Source: Dendrobates tinctorius (taxonomy: Eukaryota). Taken from it: a stretch of DNA of 64,000 bases. Numbering within the stretch: position 1 is the stretch's first letter; each line of letters begins with the position of its first letter. Shown here piece after piece: positions 22,962-36,829 of this stretch. Location: positions 4,092,001 to 4,156,000 of the forward strand of contig NW_027362008.1 in the NCBI RefSeq assembly GCF_039654945.1. The letters run 5' to 3'. The position numbers were made by a program, and so were the translations under genes. Under the pieces are notes generated by a model. It worked only from the letters and a program-made list of their open reading frames with translations, was not told where the DNA came from and ran no database searches.

Positions 22962-25050
22962 GATTTTCAGAGAAGTTATTCTCCATGAATTGAGTATCGC
23001 TGATTATGTACTGGAATCTCTCCATGCTGATATTTTATCGTCTTTTCAAATCTGAGTGAACAAAGAATTTGTTTTTTCACTTCATCGTTAAGCTAGGTCA
23101 TCTCTTTTTTGGATTTTTTTATTCCAAGACATGGCAGTTCTGTGCTCAGAGCTTCATGATCTATTAACGCTGTGAGATGGATTGTTTTATATGTCTAATG
23201 TAACGCAACAAGTATAAAAATGTTCTATAGTGAAGGTCAAAACTGGCTCCAGTATGTAACAATAAAAATGAAATAATGTGAAAACTTTTTTCACTATCTC
23301 ATAAAGCTAAATTTATAAACCTTTCCAAAAATAAAATGAGATTGGCGTACAAAATCAGCTCATCAAATAAGGAAATTCTCCCATTACACTAAAAATAAAT
23401 TTGCAGAAACTGGTAAATGACCTGTACCCATAGCGGTGCCATTTACTTGGTGGAAAGGGATGAAATTAAAAATAAAATCATTTGAGTCAACTAAACATCC
23501 AAAAATATTTTAAAACAAACCTGTTTTGTGACTAAAAACAGATCTGCTCATCTCTCATCAGTACATGGGTGGTAGAGGTTAGCAGTGAAACAATAGAAAT
23601 TTATTTAGATGCATTTACATTGTTACATGATATGAATACAGTTATGTTAGATGTCTTGTGACTACAGGTAAATGTTCTTTACCCAATTTAATAAAAAAAT
23701 CTACTTACATCCAAATCTTCATTTCACTTGACCAAATAGTGAGATGTTGATGTAATTATCCTTTACAGAAACCTCTTGATTATGTCTTCTGCTGACATAC
23801 TCACACTTTTTAAAGAAATGTTTTTATTCAATATTGGCTCGTTCACCCGTCTTAATCTAAAGTCACTGGATGCTTCTATAATTAAATGTAAATAAAAAAA
23901 AAGAAGGGGTTACCAGATATGAAGATGCTATGCTACTGTGAAGGTAACGTGGCAAATGCATTTCCAGTAGATGTAAAAACAGTAAATTTCTGAAGATCAT
24001 AAAAAAATAGACATCAATCAGCTATAAAAAGCTAACACATGTATTACATTCTTCAATATGTTGTACACTTGGACGGGATGGCCATGGGGGTGGCATTCAC
24101 GCCAAATAAGTATCAACACAATATCTCAGTGCAATTTTGCACATCTTTAATATTGTATAAAATATAGAAAGCCACTTCTACTAGATGTCTAATAGCATGT
24201 AAATGAAGACTGTTATAGCTCCCATTTACATGAATTACACACGTATATACAAGATGTATGAAGCATGGAACACCTTACTATATTAATAAATAATACAATT
24301 GAGCAATTTGAAGCAAACACTGCACTCAGCAGCTATTAATCAGGTAATCATAGCAGTGGCCCTAACAATTTCAATACCATGGTCATTGCATATTTTAGAA
24401 ATTTTGTCTCTTGACTTCATGAAACTATCATGAAATAATACAATGAATAACATTTCTCTCTTTAGTTTACCTAATTATCAGCACAATGGTGAATAGTATC
24501 ACAGGGCACCACAGGAAATTTCTATCCCTTTGTGTTGTCCCAAACCAGCATTCTCCCTGGAGAGATTTATAAATGTCAGTTTATATGTAAATGGAGACAG
24601 TAAGTCTTGGCCAATGACAATATCCCACTAATTAACAACCCCCTGCTCTTCCCAGATATAAACTGTTTCCTCCTCTCAGTGACATCTACTTCACTCCAGG
24701 TATTATTTGTGGTCAGAACTGGCCTCTGAGGAGCATCAAGCTGTAGACTTGTTGGTGTACAGGAGGAGTTCAGCACCGACTATCATCTCTTTCAGTAGCA
24801 GTAGACATCTTCAATCTCCATCTACAAAGGTGAATATATGATAAGTATAGCACAGCATATAGTAGATGGTATTACTGCAGATCCCTGGGGAATTATGCAA
24901 TGCTGGAACATTATTACAGTGACTGCACACTATTATACAATTGTGCATTTCTAGTCGCAGTTTACACGAGGTGATTACAGTATGTTATTATGGGTCTCAA
25001 AGATGTTTCATGCTTTATTCAATACCATATCTCATTTCATTTTATTCAGA

Positions 25051-26700
25051 ATGGCAACCAACATCAAGGAAGCAAGCAAGAACACGGCAAAACACCTTCT
25101 TCATCTGATATCAGAAACTTCCAAGAACCTGAAGATGATGGAAGTGACTGACCACTTTGAACTTTTGCTAGAACTTGGGACTGGATCTTTTGGAAATGTA
25201 CACATGGGAAAACACAAACATTCAGGTGAGATGATGATGATGGATGATGACTATGAAGATGACTGAGCCATCAGGGTGGTTTTAGATGAATGTGAAAGAT
25301 GAAATTGAAATCTGCTTGTACCCTGACAAACTGTACTTGTTAACAATCATTAAGTATGACCCTAGTTGTATCCTATCTACAACGTGTCATTAGTATTCTG
25401 CACCACTACCCTCTAGTCTTATGAATGCTCCTGTGTAAAGTGATTGATCAGGTTGTTTATATGGTTTTAAAAGTGTTATGGAATATGATGAGGATGAACA
25501 TTAACAATTATAATGTTTATTCAACAGGACAGACCGTGGCAATTAAAATGATGGCAAAGAAGAAGACTCCAGAAGACAACTTCTTTCTGGAATATTGCAT
25601 TTCACAAACCCTCAGCATTCATCGGAACATCATATTTACTCACGACATCTTCTTCCATACCAGTAGGGATTTTGTGTTTGTTCAGGAAGTGGCACCGGCC
25701 GGAAATCTCCAGTCCATCCTTGTACCTAAAGTAAGATCTTAAGCTGTTCTCCACTTTTACATATTCAAGCATTATTCATACTGCTGAAGAAAAAAAATAG
25801 TGGTCTTTATTGTAGATCTGACATCTAACATTACCCTATTTCCTCAGATTTAATAAACTCATATTTCTGTAAGTAGCAGTATGGGACCCCCATAATTAGG
25901 CAGGTTTAGGTTGTATGAGTATGTGTGAGCTAGTAAAATCCTCTATGTGAGAGATATTTAATTTTTAGTGGAAATCTCACATTATAGAGGATATCTGATT
26001 AATAGCAGAGTAGAACTGATGTCTGCAGGAATTATATCTACTAGTAGAAGATATCTATAAGTCTTCTGTTCTTTTATATCAGATATGTTTTCCCTTCTGC
26101 TGTTCAGCTGTGTAATCTTCTGTGTTGTCTTTTTCTTAGGTCGGCATGCAGGAGGACATGTTGAAGCGTTGTGTTCCTCAGATCGCCAGTGCTCTGGACT
26201 TTATGCATAACAGAGGAATGGTTCATCGGGATATCAAGCCGAATAATATTCTTCTGATGGATGCAGAATGTCACTGGATAAAGCTGGCAGACTTTGGACT
26301 CACCAGGCTCCAGGGCACATTTGTTCCTTTTGTGCCCTGGTATAAACCCTACACTGCTCCAGAGCTCTGCTGCCTTAGACCAGGAGAACAGTTGTTGCTA
26401 CATCCTAGTCTTGATGTCTGGGCTTTTGGTGTAGTCATTTACTATGCTCTTTCTGGACTCTTTCCTTGGCATGGGGCAAAACGCGGTGATCAAGATTATA
26501 AAGAGTTTGCCTGGTGGCAGGTTGGAAGGGATCTGTCAAAAGCTCCAAAAAAGTGGAAGAAAATTTCAGTGGAGGCCAGAGTAATGTTCTGGGAACTGCT
26601 TCAAATAAATGCCTCTAAGAGAGGCTCGGCCATTGACATTCTAAAATTTATGCACTTGCCATGGAAAGCCGAGGAATGTTCAGAGACCGAAGCAACCTGA
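25051..26700 (+). CDS. SBK-family kinase copy 2; exons 25051-25225, 25528-25730, 26140-26700
   Basis: Same structure as copy 1; differs by N>H (DHF) and R>Q (GDQD). Confidence 0.92.
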
Positions 26701-29700
26701 TATGTTGAATCTATGACAAACTGCAATATGATATTTGTTTTTTTAATCAATAATGTCTACAAAGCAGACTGTGAACTATTGTAAATAGCTCAATAAATGA
26801 ATAAAACAGACTTGAATCTTACTAAAGTTTGTCTCGAGAAAAACAGAAAAAAATATAGAAGTTACGGGTATACGAACATGGGACACTCCCAAAACATTTT
26901 TTAAGTCAGTTTTTTTCATAAAAGTAACAAAACATAAAAAGTGATATAGAAAAGGAATTGTCATGGTATTGCTATTCACATTCTACATATTTCACATTGA
27001 CATGCTTTAGCACTACAGAGTGCATCTTTTTTGTTTATTGAAAATGAAGGTAACTGCACCTAGTTGGCTCCTGTTCACATTAGCTTGGAAGTGCCAGTCT
27101 TTTTGTCACTAAAAAAATAATACTGGTACTTTATTCCCAAATTTGATAAATATGCTGAGCCTCCATCTTGCTATTTGCACTGGATATTATGCCCATTGGT
27201 TAAGAAAACTCCCTTGGTTATACAGGACTCAAGATTTTTTACAAATACAGGATGATTTTGATTGACAAGAATTATTGCAGCTGGTGACAATCCTTGTGCT
27301 TTTGCTTTGCACACAATTCCTTTCAATTTGCAGGACCCTGGTATAACCAGGCAGCTGATACAGCAATGGATTCACCAGTTGCCGTGACTTGTATACTGTA
27401 TATATTTTTTGGAGAAAGATACTTAATTTGAACAATCCATTTCTATTACATATCAAATTATTCTTACAATTTAAAGACAATATTCTTATAGTAAGAAGAG
27501 ATGTGTCTTTTACTTTTTGGAAAGCATGCAGTAAAAAATAAAATCATTATGAGTCAGCACAAATTCTAATAATTTGAAAACAAAACTCTTGAGTGACTGA
27601 ATATGATTGCCCTTTGTGCTCAAAAATATTTTACTGCCTGAGTTCCCAATTCATAACAGATTCTGGTATAAAATGTCTCAATGTAAAGTCTCACTATCAT
27701 TCTTGTGGGTGGCCAGGACTTCCAGCATCACCAGACCTCTGACTTCACTGTGCCTTTGTGGGGAAAAAACTTGGGACTCATAGTAAAATCAGAGGATTTT
27801 ATATTTGAATTTATTTAACATTGTCGGAGAAGAGATTTCTATTTCTACTTGGGTAGTTTCTGTCTTATGGGTACCTATGCAATGAAGCATAATGAGAGAG
27901 ACAGACTGCTCGCTGTGTTTCCAAATCGTCTCTAAGGTTTATTGACAGTGTGAACTTTTATAGAACAAGATCAAAAAGAAATGAAGAATACATAAGAATT
28001 GGCAAAATAGAAAGGGAGGTTACACAATCGTTGACATAAAAAGATAGGTTATACAATGAGTTGTCAACCACATCCTCGGACACAAGATAAAATTAAATGA
28101 AAAATGACAGGAATACAGGGGTGCTTTCCAAAAGTCAATGTGCTCTAAGTTAATAGTCATGAGTTCATATTCAAAAGATATTTTTCTAAAAAGATGTTAG
28201 AACATTTCACCTCAAAAGGGAAGAGAATGCATGTCCTTCAGATTTTCTGGGAATTGTAGGAACTGACCATTAGCCATAGGACTGTGACCACATAGACAGA
28301 TGATAACTGGATGTCACGACTAGTGACGAGTTCGCTGCCGAGCCAACACCTCCACGTCGACGACCACGACGATGTGGGGTGAGCGTCCCAAGTGGGGATG
28401 GAATGTGGACCCACTGGACCACAGGGGGGACCCAGGCCTACCCAGACTAGGGAAGAGTAGCGACCGGGGTCTGTGGCAGCTGAGCATGTGGACGAGGAGG
28501 CAGAATGACATGACACCGCCCACTTCAGGTATAGACATAAAGTTTACTTGAACAAGACATGGTACATAAACGAAACAGTTATGCAAGGCTCCCGGTTCCG
28601 CACATCAGGGAAGGGTACATGTCTCAGGATAACAGAAGAAAGGCAGGAGGTCATTACGGGTTGAGCAGTCCAGGGTTGTCTGGCATGGGTATACTAGGGC
28701 GGCCTCTTCCTCAGTCCTCAGGGGTAGCAAAGGGTCACCAGGAGAATATCAGACACCGACCACAAACAGACTTCAGAAAATGGCAGGCATTGTCTGACAT
28801 TTCAATCACATCCATACACGCAGTACTTCTGTATTCTCCCGCTACCCGTATTTTATCAAAAAAGCTCTAATGCCAATGGACAAAAACATAAATCTTATCT
28901 ATTTATAGAAACTCTTGGTTGGTTCACTATATCCTCTAATTAGTGTCCTATCTGAGTACCCGGTTGCATACAAAAAAATTGAGCAATTATATTCACATAT
29001 TGTCTTCACTTGATTTTCCCACTTCATTACAAACTCCCACCCGGTTCCTTCCATTAGGTTTTTCCAAGGAGCAACTAACCAGAGAGTTTTATCTTAATCG
29101 CTGCTTTGAGCAACAAAAAGGCTGTTTATACACTGAGCACACATCATTTAGTCTCCATACATCAACAGAGCTGCTTTACAGTAGTACGAAATGAATATGT
29201 TGAAGTGTATTTTCCTGGGCCCAACCAGTATGTGGGTACCAAGGTGTAATGGGGTGCATAGGACTATGCAGCAGGGCAGACATTGCTGTCACTCTGTAAA
29301 CAAAAGAGTAGGGGAGTACCGTATGAATATGGTGAAGTGTATTTTTTTCCTGGGCCCATCCAGTATGTGGGTTCCAAGTGTTTAATGGGGTGCATATGAC
29401 TATGGTATGAATCTCGGAAAAAAATATTTAAAGCTGTGAACTAGGAGTCAGGAATGCTTCCAGGGGCGATCCCCATGAATTCCCCATTTCATTTGAGCAG
29501 TGTTTAAATCATTTTCAGATGTTTCTAGACCTTAAAATGACCCCCTTGGGGGATCACAGCAAAAATGCTCGGGTTTCCCATAGACTTATATTGGGCTCGT
29601 TGTTCTGTCCGAGTACCCAAGTATTACAATTTGCTCGACCCGAACAACGAGTGCCCAAGCATTTTAGTGCTCGCTCATCACTAATCCCAGTACTTAAAAA

Positions 29701-30113
29701 GCGATACTCAATTCATGGAGAATAACTTCTCTGAAATTCAAATTAATTGGGAAAATCCAAACGGTTAAGCGATTTTGAATTTTGCTGATCTGACCCATGT
29801 TATAAAACAATCTTATCATATATTGTGCACGATGAATGCCGCATGAAGGGAAAAGTGAAAAACTGCTAAACTTGCTATTCTTGTTCATCTTACCTCACTA
29901 AAAAATTGAATTAAAAAAATCATGTATCCCAACGCTGTACCAAAACAACTAGTTTGTTACCCAAAAACATGTCCTCATGCAGATCTGCATTCAGAAAAAT
30001 AAAAAGCATTGACTCTGAATATGACAGCTATAAAAAACATATTGTGATTTTCTTGGGTATGAACATAATCATGTCAGCACACAGAATATAGTGAACATGT
30101 CTATTAAAATGCT

Positions 30114-31275
30114 TAAGTTTGAAAATCCACCAGGCTTCCCTATTTTGTAATGTAACCTCCGTATCACCCCCTCTGATGGGTGTGTGTATTTTTTCAATTG
30201 CATACACCAGAAGTGTTTTCAGGTCATCTTTATGACATTCAATAAAATGTTTTGACACCTGAGATGTGTTCCTCTCCATGTTAATATTCTCTGTGTCATA
30301 GATGTGTTCCCTAATTCTTTTCTTCAGCATGCGTTTTGTGCTTCCAACATGTTTTAGATGGCAGAAGGTGCACTCCATAATATATACCAAGGTTTTAGTG
30401 CTACAATTGATAAAGGTTTTAGTAGCAAAATTCTTGCTTTCACTAGAATCTCCAAAGCTAGAGCTCTCTTTAGTGTATTTACAGGACTTAGCGCCACACT
30501 TATAAAAACCCTTGGTTTTCTGCCAATTTGTGGATTGAATTTGAGACATATTCAAAAAACTTGGCAAAAGGCTCTGACCTAAAGATGGTGCTCTCCTAGA
30601 GTCTATTCTAAATCCTTTCCCTATAATACTATCTATATCTGGATCCTCTTTTAATACAGATAAATTATTTTGAATAATTCGTTCAATAGAGGCAAACTGG
30701 TTACTAGACTGCGAGACCAATGTTACAGGAGTGACTGAATGTTCATGTGTGTTACACTGAGGTTTGAATCGCGGTTTTTGAGCCACAATGTTTTCAGCTT
30801 TGCTTAAACTCCATTGGGTATAACCCCTTTGGGTCAATCACTGCTTAATGTTAGAAACTTCCTGTTGATAATCTGTATTTGTGCTACAATTGCATTTAGC
30901 TCTTGTCATCTCCCCAACAGGTATACTTTTAATTGTATGTTTAGGATGATGGCTTTTTCCATGGAGTATAGCATTGCCTGCTGTGTTCTTTCTAAATTTT
31001 TGTGTTACTACAGGTTTACCTGAAATTCCTTGTAAAATCAAATAAAAAAAATCAATGCATGAAATTTTATGGCGGACCACAAATTTTAAATTCAAGGGAT
31101 TGCAATTAATATAAAAATTAAAATCCTGTATGGCAGATACATCAGAATTCCAGATGATAATGATATCATCTATGTATCTGCCTTACCAATAGACACAATC
31201 TTTAAATGGATTATTTACAGTATAAATATACAGCTCTTCCCACCAGCTCATTACCAAGTGAAATTAGCAAGTGAA
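30114..31275 (-). mobile_element. Decayed Penelope-like element, U3 copy
   Basis: GIY-YIG ORF 30028-30837 reads through into the flank; RT fragment at 30838-31095. Confidence 0.88.
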
Positions 31276-31736
31276 GTTGTCAAGCGATCCACTATATGAC
31301 CAAGATGAAAATCTTTCTTTGCAATTGCGGCTTGTTCCCAGTCAACTTACGTGCATCGTTATATTTTACTTTTGGTTATGTGTGTTTTTCCATGCGTTAT
31401 TCATCCTGTTTTGAATGTGAATGTTTTTTCTTTGTCATCTAGGAATATTTAACACCATCCACTATATGATTAAGATATAAAGTATTTTTCGCAATTGCGG
31501 CTTGTTCCTCGCTAGTTTATGTGGATTGTTATGCAGGAGCATATTGCTATCTGTGTTTTTTTATGCGATGTAGATCTGGTTTTGAATTAAATTGTTTTCA
31601 TTTTTGCTTTCACCTAGGTACTTTTACCCTCCTCCGCTGAAATTGTGTTTTTAGATCTGTGTCTCTTACTATTACTCTATGACACTCAGTGTATGATAGA
31701 GAGAAATGTATTTTTCTTCTTTCTATGATTGTTATT

Positions 31737-34700
31737 GAATCATAGAATCATAGAATCATAGAATCATAGAATCGTAGAGTTGGAAGGGACCTCCTGGGCC
31801 ATCTGGTCCAACCCCCTGCTCAAAGCAGGATTCGCTAAATCATCCCAGTCAGATGTCTGTCCAGCCTCTGTTTGAAGACTTCCATTGAAGGAGAACTCAC
31901 CACTTCTCGTGGCAGCCTGTTCCACTCATTGATCACTCTAACTGTCAAAAAGTTTTTTCTAATATCTAATCTGTGTCTCTTCCCATTCAGTTTCATCCCA
32001 TTGCTTCTAGTTTTTCCTTGTGCAAATGAGAATAAAGTTGATCCTTCTACAATGTGACAGCCCTTTAGATATTTGTAGACAGCTATTAAGTCTCCTCTCA
32101 GTCTTCTCTTTTGCAAACTAAACATTCCCAAATCCTGCAACCTTTCCTCATAAGACAGGGATTGCAGACCGGTCACCATTCTGGTCGCTCTTTTCTGAAC
32201 TTGCTCCAGTTTGTTGATGTCTTTTTTAAAATGTGGTGCCCAAAACTGGACACAATATTCCAGATGAGGTCTGACCAAAGAGGAGTAGAGGGAAATAATG
32301 ACTTCACGTGATCTAGACTGTATGCTTCTGTTAATACATCCTAGAATTGCATTTGCCTTTTTTGCTGCTGCATCACACTGTTGACTCATTTTCAGTCTGT
32401 GATCTATTAGTATACCCAAGTCTTTTTCACATGTGCTGTCACTTAGCCCTATTCCTCCCATTCTATATATGCTTTTTTCATTTTTATTGCCCAGATGTAG
32501 TACTTTGCATTTCTCCCTGTTAAAAACCATTCTGTTAGTTGCTGCCCACTTCTCCAGTTTATTTAAATCTTTTTGAATCCTCTCTCTCTTCTCTAGTATT
32601 AGCTATCCCTCCTAGCTTTGTGTCATCAGCAAATTTAATCAATTTACCCTCAATTCCTTCATCTAAATCGTTGATAAAGATGTTGAACAATACAGGGCCC
32701 AGGACAGAGCCCTGTGGTACCCCACATGAGACATTCTTCCAACTGGATGTGCAGCCATTTACGACCACTCTTTGGGTCCGATCACTAAGCCAGTTATGAA
32801 TCCACCTAACAGTTGCCTTGTCCATTCCATACTTAGTCATTTTTTCAATAAGGATTGTATGAGAGACTTTGTCAAATGCTTTGCTGAAGTCAAGATATAC
32901 TATATCTACAGCATTTCCTTGATCCACCCAATCAGCGATACCGTCATAGAAGGAAATTAAGTTAGTCTGACATGACTTATTAGTTAGAAACCCATGCTGA
33001 CTCTGTTTAATCACTTCATTCTTATCCAGGTATTGACATACAAGTTGTTTAATAATTTGTTCAAAGATCTTTCCTGGTATAGAAGTCAGACTCACCGGCC
33101 TATAGTTGCCTGGGTCCACCTTCTTCCCCTTTTTGAAGATAGGAACAACATTTGCTCTTCTCCAGTCTTCTGGCACTTCTCCTGTTCTCCAAGAATTTTC
33201 AAAGATTATGGAGAGGGGTTCAAAAATTTCTTCTGCTATCTCCTTCAGTACTCTGGGGTGTAATTCATCTGGACCTGGAGACTTGAATTCATTTAGGTTA
33301 GCTAACTGTTTCCTCACTATCTTTCTGTTTATAGATATCCTGGATTCTTCTATTCCCTTAATAGGACAGTGAATAACAGTTGATGTTGCATTTCCTTTCT
33401 GAGAGAAAGCAGATGCAAAATAGGAATTTAAAAGTTCAGCCTTCTCAACATCCTGTCTTACCATTTCATCATTTTCATCCTGTAAAAATCCTATAGCATC
33501 TTTGACTTTTCTTTTACTTTTGACATATCCCCAAAATCCTTTATTATTGCTTTTGACATCTCTTGCAAGCCTCAGTTCATTTTCAGCTTTAGCTAATCTG
33601 ATTTGTGCCCTGCAGGTTCTGCAGACAGCATTATATTCTTCTTTAGATATGCCTCCCTCTTTCCATTTTATAAACATTTTTTTCTTACTTTTAGCATGTG
33701 CTTAAGTTCTGTGTTCATCCATCCTGGTTTCCTTAAATGCTTCCTATTCTTCCCTCTTTTCGGAATTGTTAACAACTGTGCTTTGAGAATTTCATTTTTC
33801 AAGATTTCCCATCCTTCCTGGACATTTTTGTCTTTAAGGATATCCAGCCATTGGATCCCTCCAATTCTCTTTCTGAATCCCTTAAAATCTGCCTTTCTGA
33901 AATCTAACCTTGACGTCTGAGTCTTCACAGGTCTTCCACCTCTAGTAATCCAAAATTCTAAAATAGCATGGTCGCTACCTCCTAGGGTCCCAGCCACTTT
34001 TACCTCCTCAACCATTTCCTCCCTGTTTATAAGGATTAGATCCAAGGTAGCAGTTCCCCTTGTTTTCTCCCTTACCTTTTGGAAGATAAAGTTGTCAGCA
34101 AGAGAGGATAAGAATTTCCTTGACCTGTTAGTTTTGCCTGAGAGAGATTCCCAACAAATGTCTGGATAGTTGAAATCTCCCATGACAACTATGTCATATT
34201 TTTTGGAGAACTTGGCCATCTGATGCATAAAGAGTTCATCTATATCTTTGGCTTGCACAGGCGGCCTGTAGTAAATGCCTACAATGGTGTCCTTTCCATT
34301 GTTCTGTCCTTGTATTCTTACGCAAACAGTTTCCACAGAACTCCCAGTCTCTGAAGCTTCAATCTCTGTGCAGATATACGCGTTTCGAACATACAATGCG
34401 ACACCCCCTCCTCGTTTATCAAGTCTGTTTCTTGCAAATAAGTTGTATCCTTCTAGTCTTGTATTCCAATCATGTGTATTGTCCCACCAAGTTTCAGTGA
34501 TTCCAATTACATCATATTTCTGTTCCTGTGTTAGTAGTTCCAATTCTCCTTGTTTGTTGCCCATGCTTTGTGCATTAGTATAGAAACATTTTAGTTTGTG
34601 ATTGGTTTCTCTTTCTCCAATATTTTTATTAATTAGATTCTTTCGTCTTTGTTCTTCCTTTCCACTTCTAATAGAAGAGTTCTCAATAGCATTTGTCAGG

Positions 34701-34751
34701 TGTATGGCTTTTTCTGGTCTTTTGCTTCCCTTCCCATGTTGTTCTTGAGAA
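31737..34751 (-). mobile_element. CR1 copy A, U3 (two frameshifts)
   Basis: ORF pieces 33668-34840, 32559-33677 and 31835-32530, with an extra 2-bp loss in the (CT)n run near 32580. Confidence 0.95.
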
Positions 34752-35572
34752 ATTGAGAATAATATAATAGAAAAAATGTCTTTGTAAGGCTGTGTGCCCA
34801 CATTGCGCTTTTTCAGAGTTTCCGTGGTGATTTTAAACAAGTGATTCTGCCGCTGAAATGCTTAAGAAAATCATTCCATGTTATCATAATTGATTCCGCA
34901 CATGTTGTGCTAATGGTGCGTATTTTACCGCTGCGGAATTGCTTAGCGGTAAAAAACACAGCATGTTCATTAATTTTGTGGAATCGCATGCGATTATGCA
35001 TACATACACTTGTATTGCAAAAGCGCATAGGAAATCGCATGTTAAAACATATGACAAATGCATCAAAATTGCTAAAATCTTCAAAACTGCATGCGTTTTT
35101 CCAGCTAAGGGTGTGCGTTTCTCCTCAGGAATATTCTACTTCAAAACTGCAATGTGGGCACATAGCCTGAAAGTGGCTTTTCTATCCTCTAGTCTGAGTA
35201 GATGGCTGTAATTTTTCATTCTGACGTTTGATCCATCATATGATTTTCACTCTGTTCCAGAGTGAAATTGTATTTTCCTCTTTGGTTGTTTTGTAAAAAC
35301 TCAACATCAATTTTTACAATTATGGTTCTTTCATTTGCTCCCTTATATAAATGTATATTTCTCTACTTCTGTACTGTGGCTGCTAAGAAGAATTTACAAT
35401 ATACTGCGTTTGTTCTGCGCAATTGAAATACATTCTTGCCTTTATGCCATGTGGAAATCACATTCCTGATTTTAGCCATGTATGTCTTCACTTGTAATTC
35501 ATTTACGTTAATTAGATATGTTAATTGTCTTTCACTAGTGTTCAGCATATTAGTGCTTTCTCGAACAATGCC

Positions 35573-35620
35573 TGTTATCATGACTAAGGGTGCTGGGACA
35601 CCTGAAACGCATTGATAACA
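35573..35620 (+). ncRNA. Minimal hammerhead-like motif, U3 copy
   Basis: Same fold as 8335-8382; the stem II loop is CTGGGA. Confidence 0.6.
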
Positions 35621-36829
35621 CAATCTTATGTACCATTCATGCTGATATTTTATCTATTCACATCTGAGTGAATAAAGAATTTGTGTTTTCACTTCTGGAT
35701 CATGGCTTTTTTGTTACATTAGCCATACCTTTCTTTTCTGGGCAATATAGATGTAAAAGTGTTTTTTAAGTATCAGTTATATTTGTCAATACACTTTTTA
35801 AGTGGAACTTATTAGCATGATTTTATAAGCACTTTTTTGCAAGAGAAATAAAGAAAACAGTAATTTTAACATTTATTTGTAGTTTAAAGTTTGTGTTATC
35901 TGATTTGCTGAAAAAATAACGCAGTAACTGCATTCAGTAGGTCAGTACTAATATGGTGCTGGTAAATTTGTATAATCTTAATTGTTTTTTATGTTTTGTA
36001 CAATATACACTTTAAAAAAAACCCATTTTTATACTGTTTTACAATTTTTTGTTAGTGGCGTGGTATGAAGATTTATTTTTGCCTGAAAATCTGTAGCTTT
36101 TGTTGTTAACAGTTTGTTGTACATGCAACTTTTTGATCACTTTTACATTATTTAGGAGGCAAAATGAAAGAAAAACACGTAAATTCTGAATTTGTTTTAA
36201 TATTTTTTTAAACCCCAGTCACTGTTGGGTATAACTGTCGTGGTATCTTTATTTGGTGGACGATATCATCACCATATTCTCATAAACTTCACTTATTTAT
36301 TTTTCGGTTTATTGTAGGTGACGCTGATTGAGGCTTTGTTTTTGGTTATATATGCCTTTCTAGTTATTATTTATCTCATTGTTTTGCTGGGAAGCAGAAA
36401 CAAACAGCTATGAATTGGAAATAGTTGTTATTTTTATGGAGTTCGTCCAGCAGTATAATTGACATGATTACTTTATTCTGTGTGCTGATATGATTATGTT
36501 CATATCTAAGAAAATCACAATACATTTTTTATAGCTGTCACATTGTGAGTCAATGCTTTGTATTTTTCTGACTGCAGATCTGTATGAGGACATGTTTTTG
36601 GGTAACAAACTAGTTATTTTGGTATAGCATCGGGATACATGATTTTTTAATTCAGTTTTTTAGTGAGGTAAGATGAACAAGAATAGCAAGTTTAGCAGTT
36701 TCTCACTTTTCCCCTCATACGGCATTGATCATGCACAATAAATGATAAGATTGTTTTATAACATGGGTCAGATCAGCAAAATTCAAAATCGCTTAACTGT
36801 TTGGATTTTCCCAATTAATTTGATTTTCA

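Larger units (their letters stand above)
16165..27240 (+). repeat. Tandem array unit U2 (11076 bp; internal deletion of ~5.09 kb)
   Basis: Same content as U1 but with a single CR1 copy, and lacking the MITE, Penelope-tail and AT-rich segment. Confidence 0.97.
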
